64,000 nucleotides of DNA from Pelagibacterales bacterium SAG-MED50. GTDB lineage: Bacteria > Pseudomonadota > Alphaproteobacteria > Pelagibacterales > Pelagibacteraceae. The translations under genes were made by a program, and so were the position numbers. The first letter of the stretch is position 1. Each line of letters opens with the position of its first letter. The DNA lies in the NCBI GenBank assembly GCA_014653385.1, contig JACWER010000002.1, positions 60,258 through 124,257 on the forward strand. Direction: 5' to 3'. Of this stretch, positions 60,406 through 64,000 are shown piece after piece. Below the pieces are notes generated by a model that did not search any database, was not told the origin of the DNA, and was given only the letters and a program-made list of their open reading frames with translations.

Positions 60406-61396
60406 TTTTAAATTTATCTTTAAGTGTGCACACAGCAAGTGAAAATCTCAGAGATCTATTCCACTTTAAAATAATTTCATAATTATTAAAAACTACATAA
60501 GCTGGACTTAGGTTTTCTGCCTCTGGTATAATATCTTTATCAGGAGTTATTAATGCAGCAGTTAAATTGTTAAACCTTTTATCTAAAATATCATCATTTG
60601 TTATGTACTTTCTTAAATATTCTAATTTTTTTTTGTCATGTAATTTTTTTGCAGAAACATTTAAGTATTTTTTAGGAACTTCATTTGATAAATTTATCTT
60701 ATAAAAACAGGGCTCCTCATTATTCCATCCTATTTTGTTTAAATAGTTTGCGGCTGAGGCATATGCATCATTGTTATTTTTTAAATCGATATAACTATTT
60801 TTATCATAATCTATTGCAAAGTTTTTCATTGTTGAGGGCATAAATTGAAAATAACCAAAAGCCCCGGCCCAAGAACCATATAACGTTTTGTAATCAATTT
60901 GATTATTTTCTATTAGTTTTAACAAAATGATTAATTCATTTGAAAAAAACTCAGATCTTCGTTTATCAAAACTTAAAGTTGATAATGAGGATAATATATC
61001 CATTTTGCCAACGTAAGTTCCAAAATTAGTTTCTATTCCCATTAAAGCCAAAAGAAGTTCTTTATTTATATTGTATTGATCTTCTACAGTATTTATCAAA
61101 TTAGAGTTTTTTTTATAAAACATTAACCCTTTAGAAACTTTTTTTGACGACGTTCTTTTGGTTATATATGTTTTGGTATCTTCATAAAATTCTGGTTGAT
61201 ATCTATCGTACTTAATAACATTAGGTAAAAACTTTACATTAGCCATTACTTTATCAAAAGTTTTTTCGGAAATATCATTTTGTAAAGCTACTTTTTTAAA
61301 ATTTTCTTTCCAAACTAAAAAGTCAGAATGATTATCAGCGAAACATGGAGCAATACTTAAAATTATAAATATGAGTATATAGTTAATTAGTTTCAT
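60395..61396 (-). CDS. mltB: Lytic murein transglycosylase B family
   Basis: DRYQPEF, GIETNFG, GSWAGAFGYFQFMPST, WNRS. Confidence 0.93.
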   Translation of the reverse strand: MKLINYILIFIILSIAPCFADNHSDFLVWKENFKKVALQNDISEKTFDKVMANVKFLPNVIKYDRYQPEFYEDTKTYITKRTSSKKVSKGLMFYKKNSNLINTVEDQYNINKELLLALMGIETNFGTYVGKMDILSSLSTLSFDKRRSEFFSNELIILLKLIENNQIDYKTLYGSWAGAFGYFQFMPSTMKNFAIDYDKNSYIDLKNNNDAYASAANYLNKIGWNNEEPCFYKINLSNEVPKKYLNVSAKKLHDKKKLEYLRKYITNDDILDKRFNNLTAALITPDKDIIPEAENLSPAYVVFNNYEIILKWNRSLRFSLAVCTLKDKFKNEL

Positions 61397-62261
61397 TCAG
61401 ATCCTTTAAATATATAATTACAGCAATCCATATTAAAATAAAACTAACTAATTTTGCCATTGAAAATACTTCATCATAATAAAAATAACCAAGTAAAAAT
61501 TGAAATGTTGGTGTTATATAAAAAATCATTCCTGTTGGACCTAAACCACATAATTCAACTCCTCTAACGTATAAAAATAATGGGATAACAGTCATAGGTC
61601 CTGCTAAAAAAATAAATAACATCATTGGTGGATCTGATATCGTAAAGTCATTATGGCCATTAATGGTTATTAAATAAAAAGCGGCTAAAGCAAACGGTAA
61701 TATATAAAGACTTTCTATTAAAAGACCTACATCAGTATCAATATTTATTTTTTTTCTAACTAAATTATAAAAACCCCAACTTAAAGCAACTATAATACCA
61801 ACCCAAGGTAATGACTTAAAGCTTATCAAAACTAAATACAAAATAGATATAATAACCAATATAATTGATAAAATTCTCATCTTATTAAGTTTTTCTTTAA
61901 AAAACATATAGCCAAGCATTACGCTTAGGATAGGCATCATAAAATAACCAAAACTTGCATCAATTATTTTATTCGTTGCTATTGCATAAATCCAAACCGT
62001 CCAGTTAACAAAAATAAGAAAGCCAGACAAAAAAAGATAAAATAAATTTTTTTTGCTTTTAATTATTGAGAAAAAAATATCCCATTTAGAAAAAATGAAG
62101 GTTGTAATTATTAAAGTAAATGTTGTCCATAAACATCTATGAACAACAAGTTCTATGTGACCAATAAACGTTATATACTTAAAATAAATAACTCCAAAAA
62201 AACCCCACCAAAAAGAACCAAAACCAGCTAAGAACAGTCCTTTGTTAAATTCATTATTCAT
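61383..62261 (-). CDS. rarD: RarD family DMT permease
   Basis: NWTVWIYA, ASFGYF, YNLVRKK, YITPTFQF. Confidence 0.88.
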   Translation of the reverse strand: MNNEFNKGLFLAGFGSFWWGFFGVIYFKYITFIGHIELVVHRCLWTTFTLIITTFIFSKWDIFFSIIKSKKNLFYLFLSGFLIFVNWTVWIYAIATNKIIDASFGYFMMPILSVMLGYMFFKEKLNKMRILSIILVIISILYLVLISFKSLPWVGIIVALSWGFYNLVRKKINIDTDVGLLIESLYILPFALAAFYLITINGHNDFTISDPPMMLFIFLAGPMTVIPLFLYVRGVELCGLGPTGMIFYITPTFQFLLGYFYYDEVFSMAKLVSFILIWIAVIIYLKDLNETN

Positions 62262-62347
62262 AGGAGTTAACAGATTAATTAGTTATAGCTTTTATTAGAC
62301 TATTTTATGGTTGAATTAAATAATTATAATAATAAAACACTCCTCAC

Positions 62348-62437
62348 GGAAGGATGGCAGAGTGGTTGAATGCACCGGTCTTGAAAACCGGCAAAGGGGC
62401 AACTCTTTCCTGAGTTCGAATCTCAGTCCTTCCGCCA
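62348..62437 (+). tRNA. tRNA-Ser(TGA)
   Basis: GGAAGGA...CCGGT-CTTGAAA-ACCGG, long variable arm, GTTCGAATC, TCCTTCCGCCA. Confidence 0.96.
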
Positions 62438-62443
62438 CTAATT

Positions 62444-62710
62444 TTAATCAGCATTAAATTTAAAATCTTTAAATAGTGTGTATATGTAATTATCTTTAAT
62501 TTTAATGTCACAATCTAAACCATTATAGAAATTATATAAGTTAGTATCATCAATATCTAATAATTCTTCCAAATGTTTAAGATCCTTAAGGCTCAATGAT
62601 TCAATGTACTTTTTTGTGAACGCACCTAATAGTTTATCCATTTCTTTTGTGCCACGATAATTCGATCGATAAATAATTTTTTTTTTTAATTGATCTATAT
62701 TGAGAGACAT
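62444..62710 (-). CDS. sdhE: Succinate dehydrogenase assembly factor 2
   Basis: YRSNYRGTKEMD. Confidence 0.9.
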   Translation of the reverse strand: MSLNIDQLKKKIIYRSNYRGTKEMDKLLGAFTKKYIESLSLKDLKHLEELLDIDDTNLYNFYNGLDCDIKIKDNYIYTLFKDFKFNAD

Positions 62711-62732
62711 AATTATAATATATTATTAGTTT

Positions 62733-64000
62733 ATGGCTAATAAAAGTAATTATGAATATTTATTGTCAGATTTATCTAATCTTAAAGGTGTTGGTACTAA
62801 AACAACCAATTTGTTAAAGAAAAAGAAAATTAATAATATTTTTGACCTATTATGGAAATTACCAAAATCGTATACAGACAGAAGTCACTCAACAAAAGTA
62901 AAAGATTTAAAAATTGGTGAAAGTCAAACAATTACTATCTTACCTCAAAAATATCAATTTCCAAGAATTAGAAATCTTCCAAATAAAGTTTCTTGCTCTG
63001 ATGAAACAGGTCTAATTGATTGTATTTTTTTTAATAGTTATGAGGGATATGTAAGAAAAATTCTTCCTCTAGGTAAAGAAATAACAATTAGTGGAAAAAT
63101 TGGTTTTTTTAGAAATAAATACCAGCTAACAAATCCAAAATATGTTTCTGAAGATTCATCTCTTATAAAACAAAAACATAATACGTATTCTTTAACGGAG
63201 GGTATTACTGAAAAAATTTACAATAAAATTATCAACCAAATAATAACCAATTTACCAATTTTAAACGAATGGCACTCAAAAAATATTTTAGAAAAATTTA
63301 AAAATATAAAATGGAATGAAGCAATTATTGAATTACATAAACCAGAAAATATAGGAAAATTCAAAAAAAATTTTTATCAGCGTTTAGCATTTGATGAAAT
63401 ATTTTCTACATTTTTGGTGAATTCAGAAATTAGAAAAAAAATAAAAAAAATAAAAAAAAAAAGAAAACTTTTAGATAAAACTAAACAAAATGAAATTATA
63501 GATATGTTAGAATTTACTTTAACAAAAGATCAAAAAAAAACATTAGAAGAAATTAATAATGATCTTTCTTCATCAAATAAGATGTTTCGATTACTTCAAG
63601 GAGATGTCGGAAGTGGTAAAACTATAGTATCTTTAATTGCTGCTTATAATACTATCAATTCAGGATTTCAAGTAGCTGTTATGGCTCCTACCGAAATACT
63701 AGCAAGGCAACACTATAATTTTGCACAAAAACTATTTCCTAAACAAATAAATATTGAATTAATTTCTGGTAAATCTGAATACAAAACTAAAAAAGAAATT
63801 TTAAAAAAATTAGCTAATAATCAAATAGACATAATTTTTGGAACACATGCTATTTTTCAAAAAAAAGTGAATTTTAATAACTTGGGATTAATAATTATAG
63901 ATGAACAGCATAAATTTGGTGTTAATCAAAGAAAACGTTTGTCTGATAAAGGTGGAAATAATTGTGATGTATTATTAATGACAGCAACACCTATTCCTAG
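62733..64000 (+). CDS. recG: ATP-dependent DNA helicase RecG, truncated by the window end (not in ORF track)
   Basis: LKGVG, RLAFDE, RLLQGDVGSGKT, MAPTEILARQH, GTHA, DEQHKFG, MTATPIP. Confidence 0.95.
   Translation, partial: MANKSNYEYLLSDLSNLKGVGTKTTNLLKKKKINNIFDLLWKLPKSYTDRSHSTKVKDLKIGESQTITILPQKYQFPRIRNLPNKVSCSDETGLIDCIFFNSYEGYVRKILPLGKEITISGKIGFFRNKYQLTNPKYVSEDSSLIKQKHNTYSLTEGITEKIYNKIINQIITNLPILNEWHSKNILEKFKNIKWNEAIIELHKPENIGKFKKNFYQRLAFDEIFSTFLVNSEIRKKIKKIKKKRKLLDKTKQNEIIDMLEFTLTKDQKKTLEEINNDLSSSNKMFRLLQGDVGSGKTIVSLIAAYNTINSGFQVAVMAPTEILARQHYNFAQKLFPKQINIELISGKSEYKTKKEILKKLANNQIDIIFGTHAIFQKKVNFNNLGLIIIDEQHKFGVNQRKRLSDKGGNNCDVLLMTATPIP

Overview
A very AT-rich, gene-dense alphaproteobacterial chromosome segment whose gene content, overlapping genes and SAM-V riboswitch fit SAR11 (Ca. 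Pelagibacter); the taxonomy is inferred, not searched. Bases 1-5091 are the right end of an accessory island encoding a caspase-family peptidase, two secreted partner proteins and a TPR-trypsin protease, bounded by an orphan 3' half of tRNA-Ser(GCT) that looks like an att site. Bases 5092-36437 are core genes, mostly on + (dapA, smpB, rel, rnc, glyA, rib operon, hppA, plsX, rplM-rpsI, hom), plus metY on - with tandem SAM-II/SAM-V riboswitches. Dominant gene orientation flips between 36.4 and 44.2 kb, as expected at a replication terminus. The left part of that interval (36.4-38.6 kb) holds an AT-rich spacer, a dif-like 28-mer and an intact Cre-like tyrosine recombinase with a 16-7-16 lox-like palindrome on its own promoter/start. 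This is the best candidate for an undescribed system: a single-recombinase chromosome dimer resolution locus. A sugar-modification/glycosyltransferase cluster follows, then core genes mostly on - (recJ, glpX, sbmA, metG, holB, tmk, dacA, mltB), tRNA-Glu, tRNA-Pro, tRNA-Ser(TGA) and a truncated recG. hom and glpX-recJ appear split by an inversion spanning the terminus. All calls come from motif recognition by eye; no database searches were run.
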